A stretch of DNA of 64,000 nt from positions 351,142-415,141 of the forward strand of contig NMRA01000226.1 in NCBI GenBank assembly GCA_002633005.1, given 5' to 3'. The notes below the pieces were generated by a model. The model was not told the DNA's origin and searched no databases. It was given only the letters and a program-made list of their open reading frames with translations. The first letter of the stretch is position 1. Each line of letters begins with the position of its first letter. The stretch is from Phoronis australis. Taxonomy: Eukaryota > Animalia > Phoronida. This document shows positions 49,101-61,395 of this stretch, piece by piece. The position numbers and the translations under genes were made by a program.

Positions 49101-52100
49101 TGTACTGCGTATTTGTGGGCTTGTGAAAACACTGATTATTCTCCCTGATGCTGTTTGAGTCTCATAACTAAGTAAATTTTAACTTTGATACAAATGGCGA
49201 GTGACGTCTACGTTGAATTGTCAACTTTATTGAAAATCAGTAGGGATATTTTCATGCAAGGTCCTTAACTATTTTGACAGAATTAAGAACTCAGTTTTTC
49301 GTTATACGATCAGATTATGTCATTGATCACAGGGAGGAACTTATTATAAAGATAAAATGATAAAAAACACTACATCTGTGGGTAAAGAACGGAACAAATA
49401 CGCAAAAGGCTTAGGAAACTTAGTTGAGTTCCTACAGTGTATTTGGGACTGTTTCATGCAATCGGGCACAGGCTTCTTTAAGACCTGCTCTCATCGACTA
49501 AAAATACGCCCGTCCGCGTGGATATCAGCCAAGGTCGCGTGTTGTTGTTTTTTTTTGAAAAGCAATGATTTGCCAAGCGATGGGTAAAATAAAAAACAAA
49601 TCCCGCATCGTTTTTTTTGCTCATTTCAGGTGGATTTTCTTGAGTAACTAAAAAAATACCGCACCACCGACTTGATGATCAAAAACAGCCCAAGCAAGTC
49701 TAGAGCCTACTACGCTTTTTGACCACATAATACGATTTTGTGCGGCCAACTCAGCTTAGGCAAGACATTGGGGGCGGATATCGTTGCCGCCTAAGCCTAC
49801 CCTTTTTAACCACCCCGATATCCAAACGGTTACCAAGATACACCGCTTCGAACTTGCCAGTTTCCAACTTTTGACATTTTCCTTCCTACTTGAATACAAA
49901 CTGAAAATAAGTGTCTGTAATATTGTGCTCGTGTATGTTATGGTTTGCGTCGTTGAGTGTTTGTTCCTATTTTGCACTTGACAAACCCAACATTAGAGGT
50001 GTAAGCTCGAGTCTGAAGTCTCTGAAATCTGGAGTTTCTACTAAGTTTGTAGATGGAAACTTGGGCTCATCAAGTCCAAATTTGGAGTAGACACTCATTA
50101 GAATATACTAGCGCACATAATTCAATTATCCAGCGTCCGTACTAATGTAGAACGAGAAATGGCAACATTATTTTCACAATCGATTTCGCGTAAAAAAATT
50201 GCCACTGCGCTTAAGTTTCTACACGTCTACAAGTTTTCAATGATGTCACCGGATGTTTACGAGCCGACAACCGTCCCACAGTACATTTGAAAATGACAGC
50301 AGCGATATGCAATTTTATTCTGCGGCGAATGCTTACTCCCCTGCTAAATCAGCTTTATCGCAAGTCAAAACAGTTTTATAGTATAGGTAATATGACTGTG
50401 TGAACAAACAGCAAGGGGGTGCTAGTGAATAGCAGTAAAATAAACAAATATATATAAAATGGAAATAAAGAAAAAGATGTGTGTGCAAAGATAGTGGAAA
50501 CAATAATGAACAATACTCGTAATTTGAGTAATAAAAACGTGCATAAAGCGAAAAGAAACCAACAAAAATATATTAGATGAGTTTAAAACTGAGGAATGCC
50601 TGAAGACAAACTAAGACGTACATGTATTGGATAAAAAGACTACTCGAAATACGTAGTTCCAAGTGCATCAAGCCATAGGCGGATTTATGGGGGAAGGCAG
50701 GGGGCCGGTTCCTCGGTAACTACGGGATAAACTGCTTGCAACATATTCCGCGCCTCACTGAATAAGAATACACACAATAGAGATCATGGGTAAGATGCCC
50801 ACTACTAAGTCTGATTGGATTTCCGTGTGTGACCATGGTCCCGATGGCTCAGTGACTAGAACGTCTGCACGGTTAGCAGAAGGTCCTGGGCTCGAGCCAC
50901 GGTCGGGGGCAGAAATCTTTTCGGACTTATATTCATTAGGTCACGTGATGGGCGGAATGAACGGGATAAACTGCTTGCTACAATATCAAATATTGTTGTC
51001 ATTTAACTATTTTCAGGATATGTTACAAGTTCAATGCACAGTTACCAATGTTTTTATCTTTGTTAACTCTTTCAAGAAATAAATCATTTTATACAACAAT
51101 ATTAGCCTCGAATGGCAGACACAACCGTGTAATAACCCATAAAGTTTTCTCACTAGTGAGATAACGATTTGGCGGGAAACCGAGGACGGAGTCGAACCCG
51201 GGACCTTGGAATTGCTGGTCGCCGACTTTAGCACTACACCATGCAGCGACTGACGTCATCAAGTGTGAAAATAGAATACTTAAATGAGCACGCACAATAA
51301 TCGCACGTTCAACAATCCGCATTGTACTGTACTTATACGCTACGAAAAATAAGACACATAATTTCCATAAAAATGATATCTTAATTCAGTGAAATTTTTC
51401 TCTCATGTCCTCTTACTTGTAAATCACCGATCTCCAGTTTGAATGCGGGTATCGTGTCGTCAGGATCTTTGACTTGAGAATTATATTCAGTTACCAGTGG
51501 TAACCTACTTTAGCAGACGATAATTTCCCGGTCGAAGCTTAGCGTGAAAAAAACGTGTTTTAAGCTGTAATAGTTGGTAAACCTTAATTTATAAATTAAA
51601 TTTATTTCTATTATATTTAAGTTTTCAATTGGTTTTGAGTAAAACCATTATTTGACAAAAATATCCCGGCTTTTCTTAAAAGGTCACGACCTCCGACCCT
51701 GGGCCTCTGACATACATGTAGAAAGTAGTTACAAAGCCGTAGAGAGTCAGAAAAGGTAAATCGATTCATTGCAATGTTTCTCGTTTAGTATGTGGCATAA
51801 ATAGATTATTACATATTCTCAGTCGTTATCCCCCTTATCTAGAGCCCTCGTGGATTTTGTAGAATTATCACCCTCGGGGCTGACGCCCTTCGGGCGATAA
51901 TTCTCCAAAATCCGCGAGGGCTCTAGATAACGAGGGATAACGACTTCGCCATGTAATAATCTATATTTATTTAAAACTGTTTCTTTTACTAAAGAAAACT
52001 TGCAATCTAATGCGCAAGTATATACATATATGATGTGATCCGCCACGTGAACAGTATTTAAAAATCTGCCGAAAGGATGAAAGAAACTTGGGTCTCGGTC

Positions 52101-55100
52101 GATACGCGGAGTAAAGTCTCGTGGGATATTACTTCATCTACGCCACTCTCGGTATGTTTTGTGTATTTACCTCATGTAATTATTTCCGACTGGGTCCTCT
52201 TGAAAATCAGTGTATTCACTAAAGTGGTCACTCAGTCTATTAAAGAAGTTTAAATGAATAAATTTGAAGTTTTGAACGATCATTACAAAAACCTCCCGTT
52301 AGGTGTCATCGAAGCTAGTCCAGATATTGTTAAGCGTTCACGTGTTATTTTGTCTATATCACGACTCACTGGCCACTTATCTACCACGGTTCGAAAAGTT
52401 ACCACAACATATCATCAACGGGTACCAGATAATTGAAAGTTTGGCTGATTTTATATTTCCTCGGGTAAGGGTGATCCTAACTAAACTGAGGCCAAATAGT
52501 TACAAAAATCAACAGTTTTAGTCCACGCTCAGTTGTCGTGAAGCCATCACTAATGGGGCAGTTGTTATACTCCACACAATTGGATTTTAAATCAGATTCC
52601 CTGATAAAAAGGCCTCTTGTAGCGGGAAATGTACAAAATCTTTTGACGAAGTATAGGGTGCCGCGAAATGGGCCGCTGTTTCTAATGTTTTAGTCGTTAC
52701 ATTGCAAATGATTCCAAAGAAAGGAACCAAAAAACCCTTTCACATAGCTGTTTTTACTCACGTCACAGATAATTTGCTAGTGTAGTTTTTTATTTGACAG
52801 CCTTTTTCAAGAAAAATGTACGTGAAACATTCAGACGTGCCCCCAGGAAGACCTACATGTGCAGTTGGATTCGTACCGACTCTGTCGGATCGCCGCTTCC
52901 CCAAATATTTATATCTAGTCGCACTGAACCACTGTACCAACTACCGAAATATTACGTGTAACATACATTAGCTGAACTAGAACAGAGGTTAGCATCCATG
53001 TCACAATGAAGACTCTGGAAATAAAGAGGAATGTATAAGCAGCTGATTTCACTAGAAACCAATAGTGCTCACAGATGCATACGCGTTTTGATGTTCCGAA
53101 AGTTCGGAGGAGAATCACGACCTCAGTCAGTATGTGCACACTTGTCATTCAAGATGGTGTCTACGGTCGCCATTTTCTAGTTTTCAATACACGAGTCCTT
53201 GTTTTGAGCTGGGCATGTGTTACGCGTGCGCAGTAGTGTAGTACAGGGTAAAGCTCTGCGGCTCTTTTCGCCATGTGTCGCTCCTCAGAAAGCTTTCATT
53301 TTTCAACCAAAGCTTTGGGTAGAAGTAGCTCGAACAAAACATCCGGTGAACAGGTTAAGACTGGTCGCACCAAAAAAGAACGTATTCACTCTGATAACTT
53401 GGTTAGTAAATAAGGAAAAACTAATCTTTACAACGAGATTAGACAAAAAATCTCCGGACCAACGTGATAAAACCGCCAAGGGGCTTACAAGTACACCTAA
53501 GATGACGTAATGCCGGATGAAAGCACTTGAGCTCAGATCCGTCATAGTTATTTTGAATTTAATGAGTTATGAGTCAGTAGCGATTAATGTAGGTTATTTG
53601 TTGTTACTGTTATCATAAGGGTCGAGTTTTGATCCGTGACTTTTGTTTGACAAATGATGACGTTTTCTAATCTTGTTTGCACATGCTGTGAACAGCCCAT
53701 GCGCCACTCACTTGAAACTTTTCTTCAAAAAAGACCACATGTGCTCAAATGTTTCGCGCGGACACTGTGATTTTGTGTTGGTGCGCATCTCGTATTGGAG
53801 GTCTTGTGAGTTTGTATCACGTCTCTGTGTTCTTCAATGCATTAGTTAAGCGTGCGTTATTGATGTTACGGTCGAAAATCGTAGTCTCGGCGTGATAACT
53901 GTTGGATGGGATACATACGCTTCTGCGATTTTATTTCAAATCGCCAATTCTCGTCGCCGTGTGCGAGACATTCGTTAAAGGCACGGCCGGTGGCTTCATC
54001 AGTTAAATACACCTTAAAATACTTTGCAGTTTATCGAGTGAGATTTAACACCGGCAGCGGCCGAGCGTGCGACTGCGACCGCAGGAGTTAACATAGGCGG
54101 ATTTAGGGGGGGGGGCAATTCCCCCCCCAAAAAAAAATCAAACGGCAACAACGTGAAGCGTGAGGAAATATTGAGGTCAGTAAGTAGGAGCGGTAGCGCA
54201 TGAGGGGGGGGGCTGAGACCCCAGATCGCGGGGGAATCGTGTTCCCGTTTTTTTGTTTTTCTTAATTTTTTTATGTCCACCGATAGATTTTGCGAACAGT
54301 AAGTGCACGTCCTCGGCCCCCGCAACTTTCGGGCCGCCTGTGCCTACAATCGCGATTTGCCTAATTCCCCGAGGCAACGTGTTGCCCCCCCCTTATGTTA
54401 TCCTAGATCCGCCACTGAGTTACATGTTTTATTCTGCACTTAGGCTGATCTCACAAAATCCCTTTTCTTGGCCGATAATATCACTTTAATGTGAAATTAA
54501 AAAATATATATATCCACGTCTACACCGGACAATTCAACCTTCACTTACAGGCCACTGCCTTTCTAGTTCCTTAGTTCCTGATAAAGACGCACAATTAGAG
54601 GCGCAGATGCCTAAATCATGGGCGGCGCAGCACTGAAATAAGTGAGCGGCTATAGCCCTCCCAGCTCCCCTCTGGAGTGCCGCCAATGAACCATGGGCGA
54701 CGCAGCACTGAAAGTGAGCGGCTATAGCCCTCCCAGCTCCCCTCTGGAGTGCCGACAATGAACCATGGGCGACTCAGCACTGAAATAAGTGAGTGGCTAT
54801 AGCCCTCCCAGACAAAATTGAGGCAGGCAATTTCTGTTTACTACCAGATTCGTGAGCCCATGATGCATACGAGTGACAAAATACGGCAGTGCTATATTGA
54901 TAGAGACTTGCAATGTATATCTGCATATTCGACATGCATAAGTATAAACATACCTGGAAATGGAATACGGGCAGGCCCAGAAGAATTGAGGCGATCCACA
55001 CTCCAACAAGGATCTTCTTGGACGTGCCAGGTGTGCATAGCTGGCGCGACCGCAATGGTAGCACAATCACTATGAACCTGGAAAGACAACCGCAATTGGT

Positions 55101-56749
55101 AAGCGTACCATCAGTAAAATCCTGCAAATTGCATTCCTGACTCGAAAACAACTTCTTCTCTTTGTCTTTTTAAAATTTAGTCTTGGACTGCACCTCATCA
55201 ATTTCATTACCGAAAAGAAGCCTGTGTCTTTTAAGAGGCAATCTCGTTATTGCGATTTTTGAAACGATCGGATTCGATAATAGCTTGCCGGAAGTGAAAT
55301 ATGATGTGTTTCGTAAGAAACAAAAATGTGCTTGCGTGAAAGATATAGTTATGCGAAAAAGCGACTTGAATTAGAAGGAAGAGAGTTGTGCCCTGCGGTG
55401 GGCGAGAAAGTCATTTTAGTGCCTAGAAACGGCAATCTATTGCTCAAAATATGGTGACTGGTGATGCACACTCGACGTGCTGCGAAATTCTTCCTAGAGC
55501 GCTCGTTGGTGCCATTTTGAAAACTAGAATTGCCAAATGCAGACCTCGTTATTTGTAAAATTCAATTCGTTGTCTGAAGGAGCGAACGCCTTGGCAAAAG
55601 TACAATTTTCAAGTCAATCCTTGGGCGATCGATGACTACTTCGGAAGACCCCTGTATCATTTTCGTACGCGTATTTGTCACAGGTGGTGATTCCTGGCGT
55701 TTTGCTTGGAAAATTTTTAAGGGTTGTCCTTTTAACCCCAAACTAAAGAAAATATACGATAACAAATATAGCTGTCATTCATAAACAATTGGGCCACAGC
55801 AGCACAAGTAGACCGACCGTCTAGCTCTAGCTAGTCTATAGTCACTCACAAACATAGACAAGTCGATCATTAATTCTTTCTTCCTAAGTCTATCGCTCGC
55901 GTTCACCACTACTCCATCAGCGAACGAGCACTTTTGTACACGAACCAGTTTCAAACGTTAAGTCAAAAACACGTCGATGTCAAAGGCAGCCCACGTGTCC
56001 GCAATTTAGATTCGATATTTTGGCAACAAATGGTTGGTGGTTGGTATTTGGTTTGACAAATCAACGCCTGTCAGCTCTCTGACTTACATTAGTAACTTTC
56101 GCGTACTTTAAAAATAGTTTTGAAAGTTATGTACTGAGACACAGCTGGCCAATACAAGGCTTCTGAGTCTAGTTGATAAATATCAGTTGGAAAATTGGGA
56201 TCAGTATGGAACTATAAAAACATAAGTTGCCAAAAGGTTGGAATTAAAAGATCTATTACACAACGATTCCGACGGTTGAAAACAGGAGCACGTGCGTTTA
56301 TTCACTGTCATTAAAAAGCTTACAGTAATGTTGCAAATATCAGTGGTTCTCGATTACCTTTCAACGCTTAACGCCACAAGGTTCAGCACAGATGCAATTC
56401 CGCACATCACTTTAATAAAAGCTGCGAACAAACAGAGTCCCTTTCCCCCAGCCCAGTACCCGGTGAACCGATGACCGATCTCGTAAGGCACGCACACGAG
56501 CAGAAACATCATGTCCGCTATGGCCAAGCTGACGAGGAACGCTGACGTGACGCTACGCGACTTTCGGTCACCCAGCATGGCGCACACAACCAAACTGTTG
56601 CCAACGACGCCAGTCAAAAATGTAATCGAATAAATGGTCACAGTAGGAGCGAAGGTTGGATTGTCCGTGTGGTCGTAGACGGCCTCGTACTCGTATTCGT
56701 AGTAGGAATCGTTCATCTTGGTAATGTTATCTGCGATTTGTTCAGACAT
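42884..56749 (-). CDS. Class A (rhodopsin-like) neuropeptide-type GPCR, 6 coding exons, 424 aa (galanin/QRFP/CCK-receptor-like; ligand unknown)
   Basis: Exons 56358-56749, 54954-55077, 47528-47742, 46564-46726, 44707-44844 and 42884-43126 are all bounded by GT-AG with matching phases (2,0,2,0,0). They total 1275 nt, i.e. 424 aa plus stop. Motifs: GN in TM1, SLAIAD in TM2, ERF (DRY variant), TM4 W..S...P, ECL2 Cys, FIIP in TM5, CWGP in TM6, NPIIY in TM7. Confidence 0.93.
44435..44578 (-). mobile_element. Mini-MITE family C, dimer
   Basis: Reverse-complement homologue of 47362-47503. Confidence 0.72.
44707..44844 (-). CDS. GPCR coding exon 5 (TM6, ECL3)
   Basis: Acceptor ccttcag|, then VIKMLIAIVLVFLICWGP...IHAK, donor |gtaagc. 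Confidence 0.92.
46564..46726 (-). CDS. GPCR coding exon 4 (ICL3)
   Basis: Acceptor ccttccttcag|G, then KSNQMNG...EARKQ, donor |gtacgt. Phases fit both neighbouring exons. Confidence 0.85.
47362..47503 (+). mobile_element. Mini-MITE family C, dimer
   Basis: catgggcggcgca...tgcgccgcacatg. Confidence 0.72.
47528..47742 (-). CDS. GPCR coding exon 3 (ECL2, TM5)
   Basis: Acceptor ccatttcag|, then SHKVTYY...AQCW...FIIPSVVMTGCYAMVIRVLW, donor AG|gtaagc. Confidence 0.9.
49052..49468. mobile_element. TIR MITE with CAG TSD (PIF/Harbinger-like)
   Basis: Perfect 17-bp TIR tgcccgattgcatgaaa flanked by CAG on both sides. Confidence 0.72.
50837..50910 (+). repeat. tRNA-like sequence inside a direct-repeat-bounded insert
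   Basis: A box tggctcagtg, degenerate B box ggctcgagcc, and acceptor-like pairing cccga / tcggg. Confidence 0.5.
51170..51251 (-). repeat. tRNA-derived SINE head or tRNA pseudogene
   Basis: The minus strand has A box tggtgtagtg and B box ggttcgactcc at tRNA spacing, but no complete cloverleaf. Confidence 0.55.
51797..51970. repeat. Near-perfect ~170-bp palindromic element
   Basis: atagattattacat...ttatctagagccctcg...cgagggctctagataa...atgtaataatctat. Confidence 0.8.
54092..54417. mobile_element. hAT-like MITE
   Basis: TIR cataggcggatttagg / cctagatccgccactg. Its end matches the fragment at 10932-10962 in reverse complement. Confidence 0.7.
54617..54810 (+). repeat. Mini-MITE family C tandem array (~2.6 units of ~73 bp)
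   Basis: Units start at 54617, ~54692 and ~54764. Confidence 0.75.
54954..55077 (-). CDS. GPCR coding exon 2 (ICL2, TM4)
   Basis: Acceptor tctttccag|G, then FIVIVLPLRSR...VWIASILLGLPVFHFQ, donor |gtatgt. Confidence 0.9.
56358..56749 (-). CDS. GPCR coding exon 1 (N-terminus, TM1-TM3)
   Basis: Reads MSEQIADNIT...GVVGNSLV...SLAIAD...LSVE-R. Donor AG|gtaatc at 56357. A candidate upstream acceptor ttgcag lies at 56847-56852. Confidence 0.92.
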
Positions 56750-59393
56750 TTTGGAACTTGGCTTCAGGTCAGGACCTCCAGTCAGTTTGGGATCCTGAAG
56801 TTTACAACGTCATTCCTGGAATGTGGTTCGTTTACTAGTGTAACGTCTGCAATGAACAAGTTGTAATTAACTAAGAACAAACCACAGATAATGACACAGA
56901 ATTAGTGACCAACACATCCAATGACAATGTAATTACAGTGCAGAATGAAATCCGTTTCACCGAGGGCCTAATAAGCAGTTATTCCGTCTAAAAACCACAA
57001 ACTAGTGTTTGGAACAATTCAACTATTTGTATACACAACATTCGAAGAAAGTAATATTCTTGCAACCCGATGCATGCACTGTTCGGAACAGCCACGTTGG
57101 ACTGCAAAAAGAGCCTACGTCACTTCACATCAGCTGGCCGCCGTTGTTACCTCAGCTATAATGAAGACAAGAAAGTGAATGACAAGTATTTGAACCGATA
57201 TCGGCCACACGGGTCACATGGCCGGTTGCAATAAATTAACGTCAACGTAAAACCAGCCATTTGAGGCGGTCGGTTAAATGATACAGTATAGCTTTTGTTC
57301 GAAGCTATTAGCGGTTTTAAAGAAGAAATATGCGAAACTGATGAATAAACTGATACTTATCAAATTAATATGAGAGTAATTTAAGGAACAGTGCATTCTG
57401 TCAATGAAAGAACGGAAAAGTTTTCAAATTGAAATCTACTGTTCCAGCTACATGTGTTACTGAACCAGTTTAGTTCAAGTAAAGTAATCGACAACAAAGA
57501 AGCGTGAATGAAATGCGTTGAGTTAAAAAGTAGAACAGGATTATACAAATTGAATTTTATCTCAGACAGCACTTCAACAGCTGTTCTTTTTTCATAATAA
57601 CATTCTTGGATTTCTGTACGTGGATTTGCTTTCCTTTTGGTTTCAGTGTTGTGGGCAAGGCGCAAAACTCTGAGAATGAGGCAAATGACCATCGACCTGC
57701 CTGTTGAACCACGCTTAGCTGGCAAACTCTCTTTGGCTGGCACAATACTCCGGCCATAGCTACCCCTTCTCACCAAAAATGCATATGTGAACAGCTATAG
57801 ATCCCAGGTGGGCTACTTTGGAAATCGAGTTTTGTATTTGTATTTGTATTTGACCGAGATTATTCGAGACATGTTGATTTTAAGACTCAAGCAGAAAGTC
57901 AATCTTTTAATTATTCAAACAATGAAAACATTATGAGCTTTTGAAAACTAATCATAGGTTTGCGCTCAAAATTGATCAAAAGTTAGCGTGAAATCAAGCT
58001 ATCTCGACTGGAAGACGAGAGGAGAATGCAAACGGCCCAGCTGTTTAGCAAGACTCGGGGTCGAGCCATATGTGTACGACAGGTAGCTTGCCACGCTGTC
58101 AATGTTACGTTTGAACCTAGCCACAAAACTGTTAACACGCACAAAAACCTATACCAAAGTACTTCAGCGAACTCCAACCCCACACAGACGTTCTTGCCAC
58201 TGACAATTTTTAGTATTAGTAACTGAAAACAGGACAAGTACATGTAGAAACTGGATTACGACATTATCTGTTGTAAAAATGCCTGAGTGTGGTCTCCATT
58301 CATTCAGGTTCCGTAGTAAGTTTTTTTGCGGTGTCTGTGCTAATGGTGTGGGCCCGTGGTAAAAGTTTGATTCCATCCCCTGAGTTTCATAGACTTAAAA
58401 TAACCTGTGACTGCGAAGTATCACTCTCCAGCGCTTGAGTCGTTGTTCAAAATTCCTCGAGATTTATTGTGCCTTATCAACGCTCACACAGTAAACAGGA
58501 AGGGCACCAATGTCCTGAATGAAAAATGGTGGTGAAAGAATTTTTTAAAAATAAACAGTGCGACCTCTTAACAGCGCCGGTCGTTAATCTCGCTATTGTT
58601 TCGAGTCTCCTAAATAAACTCGGTTATCACCCGCGATTCGGATAGGACTGTGAAATGTTCTTATTCCTTCTAAAACGTGTTATTTGGTCGTTCGCATGAT
58701 AACAAGAGACAAACTGCTTTCTTAACCCTGCCATGTGTCAACAGTCACTGTTCACTCACTACTGGTTTTGACGAGTCTTCTTGTTGGCACATGCGCACAA
58801 GAGCTTGCATGAATGGTGGGCGAATAACGTTAGCAAAACGATATTATTTCCTAGTTTCAAGAGACGAATTTTATCGAATGATAACCACAGTTCAAAGATT
58901 TCGCATATTTCCACTACAGAAACAGATATTCACTCCAGGAGTCGGGTAATCTGCTGGGTCCCGATTCATTACAAGACGCACAGTGCGCCCTGTCGGTAGC
59001 TGCGTGCCGCCTACTCAAAGGTGTTTTATGGCAATGAGGTACTTACAATTAAAGACCTTGGTGCGTTTCCACACTTAACAGTGTTCATCAGCCAGATGTA
59101 ATTGATATGTGGCAGCAAAAAATAAGATTCATGAATATAGACGGTCTTAGCTTACACAGTACAACTGGCCGTTAAAGCTCTGATAAAACGGAGCTGATGT
59201 CGTTCTGAGGCAACTTGTTCTTTAAAGAACCTTTGAAAAACATTGAGTACGTGGTTAGGTGTTGAAAAAAGTCGCCTCAAGTATTTGTTTCAATGTCTAT
59301 AAAAACACAAAAACAACTCTCTACTGTGACGCGTTGCTTGATCGTTTGAAAAATATACGGAACACATTTTACTCAACTCAAACGTGCAATTAC

Positions 59394-59790
59394 CTGAAGC
59401 ATCCGTAGGGCGAACTCAAGACGTTCTTCAGTTGACTATCGCCAGTTAACACAAGTTTCTAAATGTCGCCTTTCAAGTTCATCCTTCAATCGATAACAAA
59501 TTTGGAAAACAAAAGCAGAATTCGCGTGTTGTTACACATGGCAAGCGTAATTATCTAGACACGTATTATTAGGGACAGGAAAACACAGGCATCGTGCCCC
59601 AGTCGCAGTTCCTTCACAGACTTTTGTAGGTTAACGAATCATTTTTGTTGTCACGCGAACATTACAGGCATGGCGAAGGACGTTCCGTGAATGAATTGAT
59701 TTTTCTGCATTCTGTATTGGAATGACAAATGGCAAAATGATCTAAAGAGACTCCTGCAACGTCGCTTGGGGCCTTGCGAAGTCTTTTATA
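59394..59790 (-). promoter_or_regulatory. Candidate TATA box and 5' non-coding first exon of the GPCR gene
   Basis: TATAAAAG on the minus strand at 59783-59790 and donor CAG|gtaatt at 59393, which could splice to the acceptor at 56847. Motif evidence only. Confidence 0.3.
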
Positions 59791-60228
59791 GCAAAACGGT
59801 TTATGAGTGCGTCGCGTTTTCTTCCAGCTTCAATGAGTCTGTTAATTGCCACTGTTTTCTCTCGTTAGCCGACTGTAGTGTTATTGTTTTTAAGCTACTT
59901 TATGACAGAGAATTTTGGAATTCACCGCATAACATACAGTAACATCCAACCTTTATCACATAGCGAGACGAATTAGCAAAATCACCGCTTGCTTTTAAAT
60001 TTCTCAACTCCTTTCAAACTAAATGATATACCCGTTCCTAGAAGGGATTAGCCGAGTCCAATCGCTTCTGACTCGTGATTGGTCAGCAAAATGACTTCAA
60101 GGAACCCGTGCCACTGAACTAGGTCACAGAGTGACCACGCAATGAATATAGTTGTATGTTAACTTTAATACCTTTAAACGTTGATATGCTGTTCTGAAAC
60201 GACAGCACTCTCTGACTGTACTGCTCAG

Positions 60229-60479
60229 GGACCTTTTCCAAAAAACTGACTTAAGTTCATTTTTGACCTAAGTTTAAGATTTGTCTTAACTTCCAAACTT
60301 TTTTGATACTTCCACTTTCGGTAAGGTAGTCAAAATTGCGACAAAATTTATGTCAAACACTTAAGTCAAACTTAAGATCTCTTTCTTGAACTAGTTTTGA
60401 GACAAATTTAACTTTTATTTTAAAATTAACTAAAATTTAAGATTTGTCTTAGCTAAGTTGCTTTTGTTGGAAAGGGCTC
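60229..60479. mobile_element. TIR MITE in CWG context with internal cttaag-rich subrepeats
   Basis: ggaccttttccaa / ttggaaagggctc, flanked by CAG and CTG. Confidence 0.55.
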
Positions 60480-60797
60480 CTGGTCTTGTCTCGACGTGGA
60501 TGTGAAGCACTGTCGCAAACCGTATTCCTACATCTACTGTATAATACAGAGGACTAGTCAACTCAGGCTAAGATCCCAAGCAAAGGAAGTGAATACTGTT
60601 TTCTGACAGTACATACTTGCCTTCTTACTTGTCAGTTTCCTAACAGCATTTTTTATATTGGACGAAACGCGACAGTGTGCTGGCAGCCGGAACGAGGCTG
60701 GGTGTTCTTTGATTCTGCATGTGCGTTGATTAGGTTGATCAAAATAGCTATATTTGGCAAAATAGTTCAGACCTATAAATCTACGCGAAACTGCGCG

Positions 60798-61395
60798 CTC
60801 GCTGGTTCCCTGCGTGCCGCTAGGTGGGGCGGTAGCCGCGCCAGCACGCAGGTATCACTTAATTTTCCTCGGTAATTTTTTTTTACACCGGCGTTTCTGA
60901 TTGGCTAGTCGAATTCGCAACAGGCAGCGCTCTACGCAAACAAACTGGCATGACTGATGGACAGAAGTTTAAATGTGGTCTGTTGTACAGACAAATCGGT
61001 GATTAAAATTTATGTTCAGGAAATGTGACTAAGCCAAGAAATTGATCCGCCTTTTCGGAATGCATCTTTCTACTGTCGATGACTTTTGTTTACGATAGTG
61101 TCCTGTATCCATACAGTATGAATAACAAACCGGTTAAATCGGCCAGATATGTGTTTTGTTATTGTACATGTATGTGCTTCAAGCACGCGGCTATTAAACA
61201 TCACTGCAGAAACGAAATACTTGCTGTGACGCCACTTGCATGACAAGCCTAAAGATCGTTCACAGTCCGCCATTTTTTCACGGTGTTGTAAAGCTAACCA
61301 ATGACTTGCTGAGGTTACATCGACCAATGCTAAAGCGCGTGCCACTGCGTGATACCTGCGTGCTGGCTGGGCTAAGCACGCAAGGAACCAGCGAG
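60798..61395. mobile_element. ~600-bp TIR MITE, family M (MULE-like)
   Basis: TIRs ctcgctggttcc.../...ggaaccagcgag with a perfect 9-bp TSD aactgcgcg. Confidence 0.85.

Noticed and set aside
50837-51251. Functional tRNA genes
   Set aside because: Stems are incomplete or degenerate, so these are better read as SINE- or repeat-derived.
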